From the human T2T-CHM13v2.0 reference genome, Homo sapiens, in the NCBI RefSeq assembly GCF_009914755.1, contig NC_060935.1: a DNA stretch of 64,000 bases, one strand, 5' to 3'. Positions 15,730 to 32,689 of the stretch are shown one piece after another. Within the stretch, counting starts at the first letter, position 1; every line of letters starts with the position of its first letter. The notes beneath the pieces are model-generated. The model had not been told where the DNA came from, did not search any database, and worked only from the letters and a program-made list of their open reading frames with translations. The position numbers were made by a program, and so were the translations under genes.

Positions 15730-16021
15730 CTATGAGAGACACAAAGATGGAAAAGATGGACCCCTTGCCCTCTGGTAGCCTTTAGCCTCTTTGAGTCTTA
15801 GTTTTCTCATCTGTAAAACTGGGCGGGTGAGAGGATGAAAGGAAATGTATTTGTAAAGCACCTCTTAAGTGCCCTATAACTGATATCTATTATTTGTAAC
15901 ATGGGATTCATAAACTTGTAGAGGGTTAAGATGCTCCAATGAGCTAGAAGAAGCAAAAGTCCTTTTTAAAGGACAAGTCCATATGTGAGGGAAAATTCTC
16001 TCGCATTTATTTCTTGGCAGC

Positions 16022-16240
16022 ATGAATTCGATGACTTCAGCAGTTCCGGTGGCCAATTCTGTGTTGGTGGTGGCACCCCACAATGGTTATCCTGTGACCC
16101 CAGGAATTATGTCTCACGTGCCCCTGTATCCAAACAGCCAGCCGCAAGTCCACCTAGTTCCTGGGAACCCACCTAGTTTGGTGTCGAATGTGAATGGGCA
16201 GCCTGTGCAGAAAGCTCTGAAAGAAGGCAAAACCTTGGGG
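16022..16240 (+). CDS. MS4A8: MS4A8 coding exon 1 (73 codons, MNSMTSAVP..KEGKTLG)
   Basis: Acceptor ggcag ends at 16020, ATG at 16022, donor GGG|GTAAGT; matches the recognised MS4A8 N-terminus. Confidence 0.96.
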
Positions 16241-17242
16241 GTAAGTGAGATTTCCCTTTGCAGGCCACAGACTGCACAGCTGGAGTGATGGCAGGGGGAA
16301 GGGAAGGCCTGGGAAATACACAAACACTACATCCCGCAAGTGGGGCTGAGTTGATCGCGCCTTGCCAAGCACAGGTCTATTAGAAAGCTCAGCTGCACAA
16401 CATCACAGGCGGCCTCTGCTCAGACCTTGTATTTTCTGATTTAGGCATTTTCGGAAAGAGAAAGAAAAGCAACAAAAAAGCAGCACGCTTGAAGGTTGAT
16501 CCTGTTGCCAGGATCCACGCCCAGCCCTGTGGCCTCTGAAGAAAGGGGTCCCAGCAAGACCAAAATAGACCACAAGGTGGAGTCAGAATCCAATAAGATC
16601 GAATCAAATATTTGCCCAACAGGAAACAAAGCAGGTTAGGCAACCAACAACATAAATGGTCACCGCAACCCCTGAGAGGCTGTCCTGCGCTGGACAAAGA
16701 AAGGCCCATTTCACTGTGTAGCTGAATGATGGGCATGAATTTGGATGCAGACTGCCCGAGCTCCAACCCTAGCTCCACCCTCAGATAGTGCTCATGGGAA
16801 CAAAAATTGATACAACCCTTAGGGAGGGAAATTTGTATCTGCCAAATTTACAAAATATCCAATAATTCCATTGCTGGAACTTCATCCTCCAGATATGCCT
16901 GTGCCCACAAAAACTGTGATATGTATGAGCTTATTCATTGCAGCGTGGTTTGTGATAACAAAAATATTGTAATATCCATCAATATAATACCGGTTAAGTC
17001 AGTATATTGGTTAAGTCAGTGTAATATACTGGTTAAGTCAGTGCATCCAAAGAATAAAATGTAGTGGAGCTATGAAAAGAACAAGAAAGCTCTTTGTGTA
17101 ATGATAGGGACACACCCCAAGATATGGAGTTAATGGAAGAAAGTAAGGGGCAGACACTGTGTATAATTTGCTTACATTTATGTGAATTTAAGGAAGTAAT
17201 ATATTTGTATTTGCTACCACGTGTGTAATATACAAACATACA

Positions 17243-17875
<633 letters not shown>

Positions 17876-18538
17876 TAAGGACACCAATCATATTGGATTG
17901 GAGACCCACTCTACTCCAGTGTGACCTCATCTTGGCTGATTATATCTGCAACAACTCTGTTTTCAAATAGAGTCACATTCTGAGGCACTCAGCATTAGAA
18001 TTTCAACACATGAATTTGGAGGAGGGTTGGGGGAGGGGAGCATAATTTAACACATAACAATATCCTAAAGAAATAAGAGATGAAGGCAAAGATTTACATA
18101 GAAGGATGTTTATCACAATGTTACATATAATAGAAAAAAGTAGAAATAATCTTACCTGTCCAATAACTCTGTCTCAACTACTCCACAGACCATCCATAAT
18201 GGGATCTGAGCAGCCCTGAAAAAACATATGTTCCAAGAATACTTAATGCCATGAGGACACATTCATGATGAAATATTAAGTTAATAAAATTCAGGGGGCC
18301 ATGTTGTGCTATCAAGGTATATATTTGAAAAGAATAATGGGAGAATACACCAAAATGTAAACAGTTGTTTTCTCCAGGCGGAGGGGAGATTACAGGTAGT
18401 TTTTATTTCATTTTTGTATTTCCCATATTACTTTTTAGACCATGAAAATAAAACATTTATTAAAATTAAAAGGAGGCTCATAGGGGAGGCAGGACCCAGC
18501 CTCAGAAACAAGACTTCAGCTTGTGGCTCTCCTGACAG

Positions 18539-18661
18539 GCCATCCAGATCATCATTGGCCTGGCTCACATCGGCCTCGGCTCCATCATGGCGACGGTTCT
18601 CGTAGGGGAATACCTGTCTATTTCATTCTACGGAGGCTTTCCCTTCTGGGGAGGCTTGTGG
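18539..18661 (+). CDS. MS4A8: MS4A8 coding exon 2 (41 codons, AIQIIIGL..GFPFWGGLW; TM1 and start of TM2)
   Basis: cag|GCC acceptor, TGG|GTGAGT donor; CD20-family AIQI..G and GxPxWGG motifs. Confidence 0.97.
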
Positions 18662-18819
18662 GTGAGTAACTCAAGTCCTCCTGCCGATGAGCTCCCAGAA
18701 GGTGCCAAGGCACTCAAGGCCACCTTGCCAAGTTGTGCAGCTGTGCCCTGCAGAAGGTTCCCAGCCACCCAAATGTGGGGGATAGGAAACCAGCCAGCCC
18801 TGGCCTCGTTCCGCAAGCA

Positions 18820-19581
<762 letters not shown>

Positions 19582-19972
19582 AAAAGGGATGTGTTTTCTT
19601 AATTCACAAAGAAAACATCCACATGTAAAAAATACACTGGGAATAGCCCCTGGCATTGTTGGACATAGGCCCACAAGCCTGAGCTCCAGGAGAAAAACAC
19701 TCAGCAAAGGTGAAGAGTGGCTTCCCAGCTGTAGAACAGCAAGGGTTTGAGTGCTTGAGCACTGGGGACTCAATCTAGATCTGCAGATGGGCTTTGGGGG
19801 CTCCATTTTGGCAAAATACCTAATATGCTAAATGTGTATTATTTTTCTGGAAGGGTCCATAGCTTTCATCAGATTATCAGAGTGATCCGTGACTCCATAA
19901 AGTGTTAAGAACTACAGTCCTTCTTCCACATCAGTTTATTACCTTTATGGTTCCTTTGCAGTGTCCCCCTGC

Positions 19973-19973
19973 C

Positions 19974-20004
<31 letters not shown>

Positions 20005-20075
20005 ACACACACATACAAACAAACACACATACACACACACACACATACACACACACACTCTCTCTCTCTCTCCTT
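19973..20075. repeat. (CA)n/(CT)n microsatellite
   Basis: Directly visible. Confidence 0.95.
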
Positions 20076-22150
20076 CTCCTCCCCTCTCCACCTTCCTTTC
20101 TCCTTTCTCTCCCTTCTGTTACAGTCTTCCTCCTGACTCACACACCTACATGTGACACTAATGCAACTTTCCTCATAAATGGCACAACTCCAGAGTAACC
20201 TAGGTGCCAGCCCAAGTCCCTCTACCTTATAAGAGTTAAATAAAATAGCCTAGAGCTATCTCCATCCCCGACAGCCACACAAGTTCTGCAAATGAACAGG
20301 GCTCCTCTAGCGAGGCTCTGCACACACCCAAACTCAGAACTCAGCCCCTTTCCCTCCCACAACCACTCACAAGATACCTGTTCCTGTATCTCTGACCTTC
20401 GTGGAATGTGGGGCTATGGAGAGGGCTAGCATCACGGCCACCCAGGCCTACCATTGAGCACACAATGCCTACCACGGAGCACTGGATTCCACCAAGTGCC
20501 AGTGAGCAGCAGGCAGTTGTCCTGGCATCTCAAATGCCTCACTGACCACGCCTCCTCCCACCAGGCTGCTGAGTCCCTTCAGCCCTCATGACCTTCCTCC
20601 TTTTGCTCTGCAGGGCAGTTGTGCTCTTTGCTGCCTTCTTGATCCCAGGACTGTCTTTCTATTTCCCAAAGATCATCAATATCCTCTTCTGAAACAAAGG
20701 CTCATCTCCTCTGGCACCTCAGAAGGACTGAGAGGGATACCAAAAGTCCAGCCCTTCCTCCCCATCAAATCTCTATAAACAGAAGGGTGTGAGCCTGAGA
20801 TTTGTTTTTCCACTCATAGGAGAATATGGCCTTGGCCTTGGAAGGCAGAAACAGCTGGAATAAGTTTTCACTGTAAATAACTATGTCCACTCTATGGCAC
20901 ATGCATCTGCCGTGGGTGGGAGGGAGTATGGAGTGAGGGTTAGGAACATGGAGTCTGAAATCAAGCTGTCTGGATTTGATTCTCAAATGCATGTGCCATA
21001 GAGTGGAAACACTTATTTACAATGAAAACTCCGCTGGATGATGTTGTGTGAGTTGTTCAAAATCTCTAAGCCTCAGTCTCCTCATTGATAAAATGGCAAG
21101 AGTAATACTGCTTGATGGGCCACCATGTGGTTAAATGAGGCGAGGTTGAACAAGTACTTCATCTGTTGGGGGGAGGGCGGTGATGGGTTGCTAGTCGGTA
21201 CGTGGCTTCTTTTGGGGCCGTTGCAAATGTTCTAACTTACATTGTAGTGATGATTGCACAACTTTATAAATATACTAAAAATAATTGCATAATATACTTT
21301 AAATGGGTGAATTATATGATACATGAATTATATGTCAATGAAGCCTTTTCTAAAAAAGCATTTTCTATAGTGCCCCACAAATGGTAGCTCCTATTAAATA
21401 TAGCTCATGCCCTCTCATACCACTCTTGCTAGCCCACTGGGCAAATGATGGCAGGCAATCCCATCAGCCACAGTGCCTGCGGAATACCATGTTGGATGAA
21501 ATGCACGCAATTGACATCATCATCCTCGTATTTGATGTTCAGCATCATAGCGACACAATGTTTATCTGAGTAACTAAAAGTTATTTGTCCAGATATGCAG
21601 GCAGGCAAGGATTGATGTCAGGCTTCTATCTAAAAGCAGCAGAGAAGACGCTGGTAACCCCTTCCTTCTCCCCTCCAGAGCCCCCAAACCTAACTGAATC
21701 TTGATATAAAGATTGGAAAACAATAGGGTGTACTTGTGGGAAAATAAAATACAAGGAAATAATCCAACATTTGAGCATCTACTAAGTGTAAAGATATACT
21801 AAATGCCAGATGTAGGGCATAAGTTGTCTCATGACAATGACACTTGGGAAGAGCTATAAATTTTTCCATTTTGTAGATGAGGAAATAAAGACTTAGAGAA
21901 GTTAATAACTTACCCAAGGTCAAGAGTTTCTAGCCAGAATTTAAAACCAGGTTTGCTGGATCCTAGAATATATATTTATCCCACCCCAGTGCCTTTTCAG
22001 GCAGTGCAAAACAGCTCATTTTTTCTGTTGCCCATGTTGAGCTGATGGTTCCAGCAAAGGTACCCACTGTGTGTGACCAGAATCACAGAAGCCTGGGGAA
22101 GGGCACCCTAGCCCCTGACCTCTTTCTAAACCCACTCTGTTCTGTACCAG

Positions 22151-22210
22151 TTTATCATTTCAGGATCTCTCTCCGTGGCAGCAGAAAATCAGCCATATTC
22201 TTATTGCCTG
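22151..22210 (+). CDS. MS4A8: MS4A8 coding exon 3 (20 codons, FIISGSLSVAAENQPYSYCL)
   Basis: ccag|TTT acceptor, CTG|GTAAGT donor; FIISGSLS family motif; absent from the ORF track in this frame. Confidence 0.97.
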
Positions 22211-22800
22211 GTAAGTTACATTCTGAGACCAGCTCTTCCAACTGGAGACCTATAGAATGGTGTCACAAAGGGGAAAATAAGGTCACATACGATTCCTCCC
22301 CCAGCCTTGCACCTACTATAACCAGACACACGGTGCTCACACACATTCCCGCTCATACAGACTGGCCACAGGAGCCTGGCCCTGGAGTCACATGTGGAAA
22401 AGTCCCAAGAGGATGCAGAAGTGAGAAGGGGCAATACAGTCACCTTAGTTAAGGCATCAGAGTATGGAGAGCGAGAGAGAGAGAGAGAGAGAGAGATAAC
22501 AGCTTTCCTAAGAAGCCCTGCCACAGAGAGGCACAGAGCTCCCAGGGGCCCAGGGCTGCCCTCTAGCAGACCAGGAGCCAAGAGTACTTCCAGTACAGAG
22601 AAGAGGACTCCGGGGAAGCCGAAGGAGGCTCAGTCACTCGCTTTCCTAAGGAATCCAGCCAACAGAACTCTGATAATCAACATGGACAAAGCTTTGTGCT
22701 CCCCTAGCAACAGACCAAGAAATACCTTCATTTGTCTCATAATCAGGTTACGAAGGGTAAAGGGTGACCAGGTCCCTACAACCAGATGAGATCTATTTGA

Positions 22801-23341
<541 letters not shown>

Positions 23342-23812
23342 TGATATGCTCAATGAAGATAGTTACATGAACTTGGGAAAATCTCTATGTATTGTTTCCT
23401 CTCTGAAAGATCTAAAGTCCTCATTAAAGGCTCTGAGAAGTCCCACCACGATGATCTGTTTACCTTTGCCCAACCCAGCTATTTTCAAAGCTAACTTACC
23501 CCAAAACCTTTCTTGCACAGAACACCCCTTTACTTGCAGTGGAAATAGGGTTCCTGGGATTCACATTAAGAAACACTTTTTGATGAAAAGAGTTATAGAG
23601 ATGGATGGTGGCAATGGTTGCACAGCATTGTAGATGTGTTTAATGCTACTGAACTGTAACACTTGAAAATGATTAGGATGTTAAATTTTATGTTACATAT
23701 ATGTTAACACAATTTTAGAAATTGGGGGGAAAAAGAAACACTTGTTGGGTCTCCATTCATCTCAGCTATAACAGCTTTTCTCGCCCATCCTGACCCTCTG
23801 TGTCTTCTTCAG

Positions 23813-23944
23813 CTGTCTGGCAGTTTGGGCTTGAACATCGTCAGTGCAATCTGCTCTGCAGTTGGAGTCATACTCTTCATCACAGATCTAAGTATTCCCC
23901 ACCCATATGCCTACCCCGACTATTATCCTTACGCCTGGGGTGTG
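23813..23944 (+). CDS. MS4A8: MS4A8 coding exon 4 (44 codons, LSGSLGLNIV..YYPYAWGV; TM3 and extracellular loop 2)
   Basis: ttcag|CTG acceptor, GTG|GTGAGT donor, open frame. Confidence 0.97.
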
Positions 23945-24268
23945 GTGAGTATCCCTCTCAACCAAAGATCCTCTAAGTTCTGAATTAGCTACATTTAGAA
24001 AACTCCCAGAAAGGGCTTGACAACCAAGCTACCTCACTGAACATGGTAGGAAAAGGAGGTGCTTTCAGCATAGGAACAAATTTTAAAGTCCTTGACCCAT
24101 AGCTTTAAGCACATGACCTTTCCCAGTTTGGGTTTCTGCCTTTGTAGAACAATACCTACCTTGTGGCAATGTTGAGAGAATTAAATGCAATTTTACAAAG
24201 AATGCATATGTGCCCACCAACCAGCACCTCTCCTCACATTCTCTGCCTTCTTGCCCATTACTATAAGC

Positions 24269-24805
24269 CAGAGGTTAGCAAACTTATTCTCTAAAGAGCC
24301 AATAGTAAGCAGTTAAGGTTTTGCAGGCCTACAGTCTCTGTCATGTAGCTATAGCTGCCTTACAGCAGCCACAGAAAGCACTAAACAAATGAATATGGCT
24401 GTGTTCTGATAAAACTTTATTTACAAAACAGGCAGCAGGCAGGATTTGACCCATGGATCATAATTCACCCACCTCTGCTATACACTAGCACTGTCCAATA
24501 GAAATATGCAAGCCACATGTTATTTTAAATTTTCTAGTTGCCACATTTAAAAGAGAGAGAGAGTGAAAGCAACAGGTGAAATTGATTTTAATAATCTATT
24601 TTATTTAACCCCGTATATCTAAAATATTGTCATTTCAACATGTAATCAGTATAAAAACTTGGTTTGCTATTTTGCATTTGGGGAACTAAATCTTTGAAAT
24701 CCAGTTTATATTTTGTGCTATGGCACATCTCGATTTGGGACCAGCTACATCTCAAGTGTTTAAAAGCCACATGGGAATTGTGGTTGCTGAATAGAACAGG
24801 GCAGC
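24269..24805. mobile_element. Adjacent hAT-Charlie elements MER58A (about 24269-24478) and MER33 (about 24487-24805)
   Basis: cagaggttagcaaact..acctctg termini; ctgtccaatagaaatat..aaattttctagt. Confidence 0.75.
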
Positions 24806-24829
24806 TACAGATGAGCTACCTGTGTCCCA

Positions 24830-26406
24830 CGTAAATTCAATCCTCTGTCTGCGCAACTGAGTCCCTCCTCTCCTACCTGCTCAAGTTCTCCTCCCCTCTC
24901 CCTCATCCCGTCTCTCCTCTACATCATCAGTCTTTCCCCCTTTGCTGGGGCTTTTGCATCAGCATTAAGCATGCTTTTGTTTCTTAAAAAACAAACCAAC
25001 CCACCTCCTCTTCGTTGTACTTCCTTTATCCACTACCACTGTATCTCTCTGGCCCTCTTTGCAGACAAATTCTTAAAAGAATTGTCTACACTTTAGTGAG
25101 TCCAATCCTCTTCTCTCATATTCTCTCTGAACCTGCTCCAATTAGACTTTCAGCCTCACTTCCCTAAACACCTGCTCTTCTCCAAATCCCCAATGGGGTG
25201 ATTGATCCTTCTTCTCGGAGGGACTTTGCTTGACTTCCAGGCTCCACCCTCACTGGTTGCCCTCTTCTCTGTCTCCTCTGCTAGTTCTGTTTTTCCCAAT
25301 CTCTTAGGCTCAATAATTGGTTCTCTGGTTTTCTTTCTGTACTCATTTGTCTATCTCATTTAGTCTGGCAACTTGAAACACCTTGTCTATGACAATTGTT
25401 CTAGAATACATGGCTCCAGCCAAATCTTCTCCCCTATACACCAGTCTAGCATGTCCAATGGTCAACTCAATAGCTCATAGTTCATACATCCAAGTCTGAT
25501 CTCCAGATTTCACTTCCCAAACCTTCTCTACTCAGTTTTCCTGATTCCAGTTGATGGCAACTCCATCCTTCCAGTTGCTCGGGACAAAACCTTGGAGTCG
25601 TCATTGACCCTGTCTTTCTCTCACACCTCACAGCCAATCCCTCGGGCAATCCTGTTGGTTCTACTTTCAAAATGCATTCAGAATCCCACCATTTTCCCCC
25701 AGCCCCTCTACTCCCACGCTGGCCTGAGCCACCGCATCTCTCATCTAATCATGGAAACAGCCTCCTGACTGTTCCCTTTCTCCTACTCTGGGCTCACTGC
25801 AGCTGTTTATAGCATGGCCACCAGAGGGATCCTTTGGAAACACAAGATCCCATCACTTCTCTGCTGGCATCTTACTCAGAAAAAAAGCCAATGTCCTTCC
25901 AGCAGCCTGAAGATGCTGGCCCTCTGGTGCCCCCCGCCCCTGGCTCTGCTGCCATCCTCTGGTTCTGCTGCTGAACCACGGGAACCTCCATGATGTTTTC
26001 TCCAACACTCCAGGCATCTTTCCACCTTTGGGCCTGGAATGTTCCCTCCGACTGGGGAACTCTTCCCTCAGATGTTCCCACAGCTTCCTCTGTCCCTTCC
26101 TCACCTCCTTCAGATCACTAATCTGCAACCACCTTCCCAATGAGGCCTACCTGAACAACCCAACACCCACACTCTCCCAGTAACCCGCTTCCCTTCCCCT
26201 TATCTATCTTTCCTGTAGTCTATGCATCTAACACCCTCTGCAACTGACTTATTTGTTACATTTCATGCTTACTGCCTGTCCCTAGAATGAGATTCTTAAG
26301 GACAGGGATGTTTTTGGTTTCACTCACTGTCATACCTCAAATACCTAGAACTGTGTCTGGCACACGGTTGACACTTCATAAGCATTTGTCAAGGAATAAA
26401 TGAATG
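24830..26406 (+). mobile_element. L2 LINE 3' portion
   Basis: L2 motifs (caaaaccttggagtcgtcattgac; cctagaactgtgtctggcaca..gaataaatgaatg tail). Confidence 0.8.
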
Positions 26407-27658
26407 TGCCAGCTGTGATGCATACTCAGTAAACATCAACAGCCATTAACTGTTGTTTGTATTTGACCAGATCCTTTTATCTGCAAGAGACTTAAAGACT
26501 TATCTTTCCAAGATTCTTAGGCAAAGCCTCTCCCTAGAGATCCTATGGACCAAGTCCATGTCATTTATCAAAAGTACCTTGAGTTTCTCCCCTCCCAGAA
26601 ACATTTTATGGCTCCCAGATACTTTAGGATTAAAGTCCAAATTCCTCAGCCAGGTATTTGCCCTCCCTGGGGGATCTGGCTCTATCTCACTGTGCCCTAC
26701 AGTTCACCTCCCTTCGAATCTCTCACTCACCCTGAACCCCAGCTACTCCCGTCCACTGCGAGAGACAGGCACAAGCGAGTACTTGGGAATTTTCCTGCTG
26801 GGAAAGAACCAATCAGGGAGGCATGGACTGCCCAATAGAAGAAATTAAGAAGCAAATGCTGGTGGAGGAACTAAGGGAAAGGAAGATGGGAGAAGAGTTT
26901 AGGAAAGACTAAACCCCAAGCAGCACAGCCAGGTGCCCTGGAGTAGAGGGAGCAGCAATTTTTGATTCAGAAAACTTGGCTTTTAATCTTAGTTCTGCCA
27001 ATGATTGATCTTGGAATGAGAACTCGCCCCATGCCCACCACCCATTCCACCTTCAAGCCTCAGTCATCCCATCTGAACATGGAGGGTCGGACTGCATCTG
27101 AGCTTTGCAAATAATGACCCAAGGAATGGAGATACTCCGGGGTTTCCACATCAGGAATTATTTTTCATCAAATAAAAAAAATCTCAGCTGCTTGAGGGAC
27201 CCCTTTTCCATGAAATATTTTATGTGTAAAAAAATTTTATTTAAAAAAAATTGAAAAAGACCAGCATACTTTGCCCAGGCCATTCTACTCTAAGTCTCTG
27301 TGATCCGTTGACTTAGACATCCTGCACTCCCCTTTTCCTGGGACAACTGCCTCTACCCTCACCCTCTCTAAATCCCTTCATGACAATGAACCTCTCCCTC
27401 CTCAGTGCTCTGGGATACCTTTTTGCTGTTCTGTAGCTCTTACCCTATCTGATGTGAATTATAATTATCATCTGCATCTGTTTTCCTACTAGATTGTGCC
27501 TCTCAGGATGCATTTCTTAGCCGCTTCTACCAAGCAGATGTTTAATAACCACTTGCTAAATGGAGAGGAAGGAGAAGAAAAGGGGCTAAGGAGAGGCCTC
27601 TCCAGAAGAGAGAATTCTCCAAGCATCTGGCTGTCACCAATGCTGTTTTTAAAAATCA

Positions 27659-27968
<310 letters not shown>

Positions 27969-28348
27969 TTAAAAAATCATAATTGAGAGGCATTTCTTTG
28001 GTACCTACTGCATGCCATCCACCTTCACTATGAAATGTTCTCATGTCACATAATTGGAACCCAAATGGTAATGGGAGTCTCCTGGATGGACCTTTTAGAT
28101 TGAAACTCGCTTCCCAGATACACTGGAAGACTCCATACTCCTGGGTATTCTTGGGTAACAGCAAATGGAGGGTTTCTATTTCTCCCGGTTACCTCCTGCT
28201 ATGGTTAATTTACTTCATTTTGGGGATCCTTTCACTGACTGTTCTTCCCAAGCCAGAGAAACAGCCCCAATTCCTGCCCTCCACAAAACACCACTGTCAC
28301 AAGCCAAGAAAGTCTTTTCAGAGGCTGACATTTTCCCAAAGGTTCAGA

Positions 28349-29642
<1,294 letters not shown>

Positions 29643-30183
29643 TTCAGAGGGATGGTGGAGGTTTACATCAGAGCCCAGCAAACCACTGATTACTGAAGAT
29701 AAGACATCCTTGCTTTGGGAAGTCTTCATTTTTCACAGGAGGCCTTTTCCTGTGGCCTCCCCCTTCCCACCATGGCGCTCAACTCCTTCTTTTTCCTCTA
29801 ACCATCTCCCTGTTCTCTCTGTGTCTTGTCCATACCCTCCAATTCCTACCGACGGCCTCCCCAGAGCAGTGTCACTGCTCCCCTCTCTGACTCCAGAGCA
29901 CACCCTCAGGTCTCCACACCCAAAGCAACCTATCAAGGGGCTTCCCTAAACATGGTCATCTTTTTTCTCAGAGGAACACTACCAAGTAAATGTTGCAATA
30001 ACAATTCTTTTACCCCCACACTTGATACTTACAAAAACCCGGTGGGAAATTTCCCCCCACGAGGCTGAGAGAGGATAGGGGACTTCCGCAAAGCCACAAA
30101 GAGTCCATGGCAGGGCCCCAGTGAGAGGTCAGTTCGGACTCCCAGTCCCGTGCTCCTGTCCTCCCCATCTGCTCTGCCTACAG

Positions 30184-30297
30184 AACCCTGGAATGGCGAT
30201 TTCTGGCGTGCTGCTGGTCTTCTGCCTCCTGGAGTTTGGCATCGCATGCGCATCTTCCCACTTTGGCTGCCAGTTGGTCTGCTGTCAATCAAGCAAT
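30184..30297 (+). CDS. MS4A8: MS4A8 coding exon 5 (38 codons, NPGMAISGVLLVFCLLEF..CCQSSN; TM4)
   Basis: tacag|AAC acceptor, AAT|GTGAGT donor; LLEF..HFGC family motif. Confidence 0.97.
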
Positions 30298-30472
30298 GTG
30301 AGTCCCAGGGTTCCTCAGTGGGTGGAAAGATGCCCCCAAAAAGGTGGAGACAAGGGAGCTCTTTGTGCTTTCCACTGCCTGCTCAGGAGCAGGAGTAGTT
30401 CCTCGGTGTCCGAGGCCTTTGGTGCATGGCCCGTCCTTCTTAGCATGCCCCCTGTGTGCCTGTGTTTTCCAG

Positions 30473-30577
30473 GTGAGTGTCATCTATCCAAACATCTATG
30501 CAGCAAACCCAGTGATCACCCCAGAACCGGTGACCTCACCACCAAGTTATTCCAGTGAGATCCAAGCAAATAAGTAA
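30473..30577 (+). CDS. MS4A8: MS4A8 last coding exon (VSVIYPN..PPSYSSEIQANK*); total protein 250 aa
   Basis: ttccag|GTG acceptor, TAA at 30575-30577; exon codons sum 73+41+20+44+38+34=250. Confidence 0.96.
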   Translation: MSVIYPNIYAANPVITPEPVTSPPSYSSEIQANK

Positions 30578-30950
30578 GGCTACAGATTCTGGAAGCATCT
30601 TTCACTGGGACCAAAAGAAGTCCTCCTCCCTTTCTGGGCTTCCATAACCCAGGTCGTTCCTGTTCTGACAGCTGAGGAAACGTCTCTCCCACTGTTTGTA
30701 CTCTCACCTTCATTCTTCAATTCAGTCTAGGAAACCATGCTGTTTCTCTATCAAGAAGAAGACAGAGATTTTAAACAGATGTTAACCAAGAGGGACTCCC
30801 TAGGGCACATGCATCAGCACATATGTGGGCATCCAGCCTCTGGGGCCTTGGCACACACACATTCGTGTGCTCTGCTGCATGTGAGCTTGTGGGTTAGAGG
30901 AACAAATATCTAGACATTCAATCTTCACTCTTTCAATTGTGCATTCATTT

Positions 30951-30975
30951 AATAAATAGATACTGAGCATTCAAT
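30951..30975 (+). terminator. MS4A8: MS4A8 polyadenylation signal and probable cleavage site
   Basis: First AATAAA after the stop (30951-30956); CA at about 30972 followed by tgtgtt. Confidence 0.75.
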
Positions 30976-32689
30976 GTGTTCAAGGCTCTCTTCATGGCAG
31001 GAGGGGGCTGGACATTGACATGACACAGTCTTGGACCTCAAGAAACTTCTGGCCTTAGGAGAGAGGACACCAGGACATCACGGGAGCAATTTTCACTGAC
31101 AAAGGGCAACATAGGGGAGAGGCAGAAGGAGCCCAGAGTGAATTTATTCTGGCTGTGATGCAGAAAGGAAGGAATGAGGAGAGCAGAGGACAGGTCTGGT
31201 TGGGGTAGCAACATCTGAATGGGGCATTAAAGGACAGTAAGGATTTTCCGTGTAATAAGGGACCACGTGGTTCAGGAGGCCTTCAGAGAGAATGATCAGT
31301 CCTTTTAGATTCTGTTACCAATGAGGCAACCAAATTCACGAATGTGCAAGAATGTAGAAGGAATCTTCCAGAGACATAAGGCCAATACATCATTATCTGT
31401 AAAAGGACTAATTCCAAAGAGAAATGGCCATGTCATTCCTATTACCATTTCTGCATTTACCGTGGTAACAGCATCTAAAAGGACTAATCCTTTCAGCAGA
31501 CGACTCACTGTCTCCAAAGGTCTCCCAAACAGCGTCGTCCCTCATACTGAAAATCCCTCACTGTCCTTTAATGGCCCATTTAGATGTCGCTTCCTGAAAC
31601 ACGCAAAATTTAAACATTGTTATGTATGATAACCAATGGGCATCCAAGAAGTTGCATTCTGTGGGGTTATAGCAATCATCTCTAAAATCCAGCTGTTGTC
31701 AAGCTTTCCTTAGCTACAGAAGCACTGCAAGGATTTGTTTGTTTGTTGTTTGTTTTGGTTACTAAATACAAAATGTGATTTTACTCTTGTAAATAACTTT
31801 GTTCTTGGGGTTATCTAAGAAGTTTCTTCTAAATGGCATGCAGTTAGAGGTCTATCGCCTGTGCACCTGCATCTTCTCATTTTCTCTGATCAGGAATCCT
31901 TCTGATGCCCATCAGCTAGCCAGGAACAGGAGTGTTTTCATTTCCTAGAACTAAATGGGCCTTAGGAATTACAGACCTCCTGAAAAATTGATTTTTTCAA
32001 ATGGAATATGAGGCATGTAATATCCTGGTTCTAGATCAGTCCTTCACATACCTGTTTTGTAAGCCAGGAGGTTAGGACATTGAGCTCCCCAAAAGGGACC
32101 CACCTGTTTGCACCGTTCTCTGAGGGCTCGGTAAACAGAGCAAGCCTGCCCCTCTCACCACCTCCTTTCTTATTGCTGCCTCTTGCTGCCCCATCTAACT
32201 CCATACCTCCTTCTCATCCTACAGAACTCTACCCCTCAAACCTGACCCTCCATTCTGTTCACAGAGCCTCCTTCCTGACATTTCTGACCTATGAGTTAAT
32301 TCAGATATTGCTAACATAGCTCGCTTCCTGCAGTGTGGGTCATCCCAGAGAAAGCACTTTCTAATACATCTGGTGCCTCTCCATATGGGGGCACCTGACC
32401 CTGCCCTCCTGAAATCACCACAGGGCTTGTTGGAACAGATTCTTTCCTATCTTATCACCTACTATATTAGTCCTGTGTTCTAGGCCCTTGTCCTGGGGGG
32501 ACCAATTGCCAACCTAGGGTGACAGCTCATTGCATAAAATGTTATGCATTCTCTGCACCACCCCACAAGCCCTCCACCCACAGGGCTCCATCCCCTCCCT
32601 ATCCACTCCATAACAATGGAACATAAAACCCGGAAGAGATCTCAGAGATCTGTAGCCCACCCAACTATTTAACCATAGCACTGTGGCAG

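Noticed and set aside
16984-17043. Three spaced copies of ggttaagtcagt (CRISPR-like look)
   Set aside because: Tiny related spacers in a eukaryotic L1 remnant; ordinary slippage
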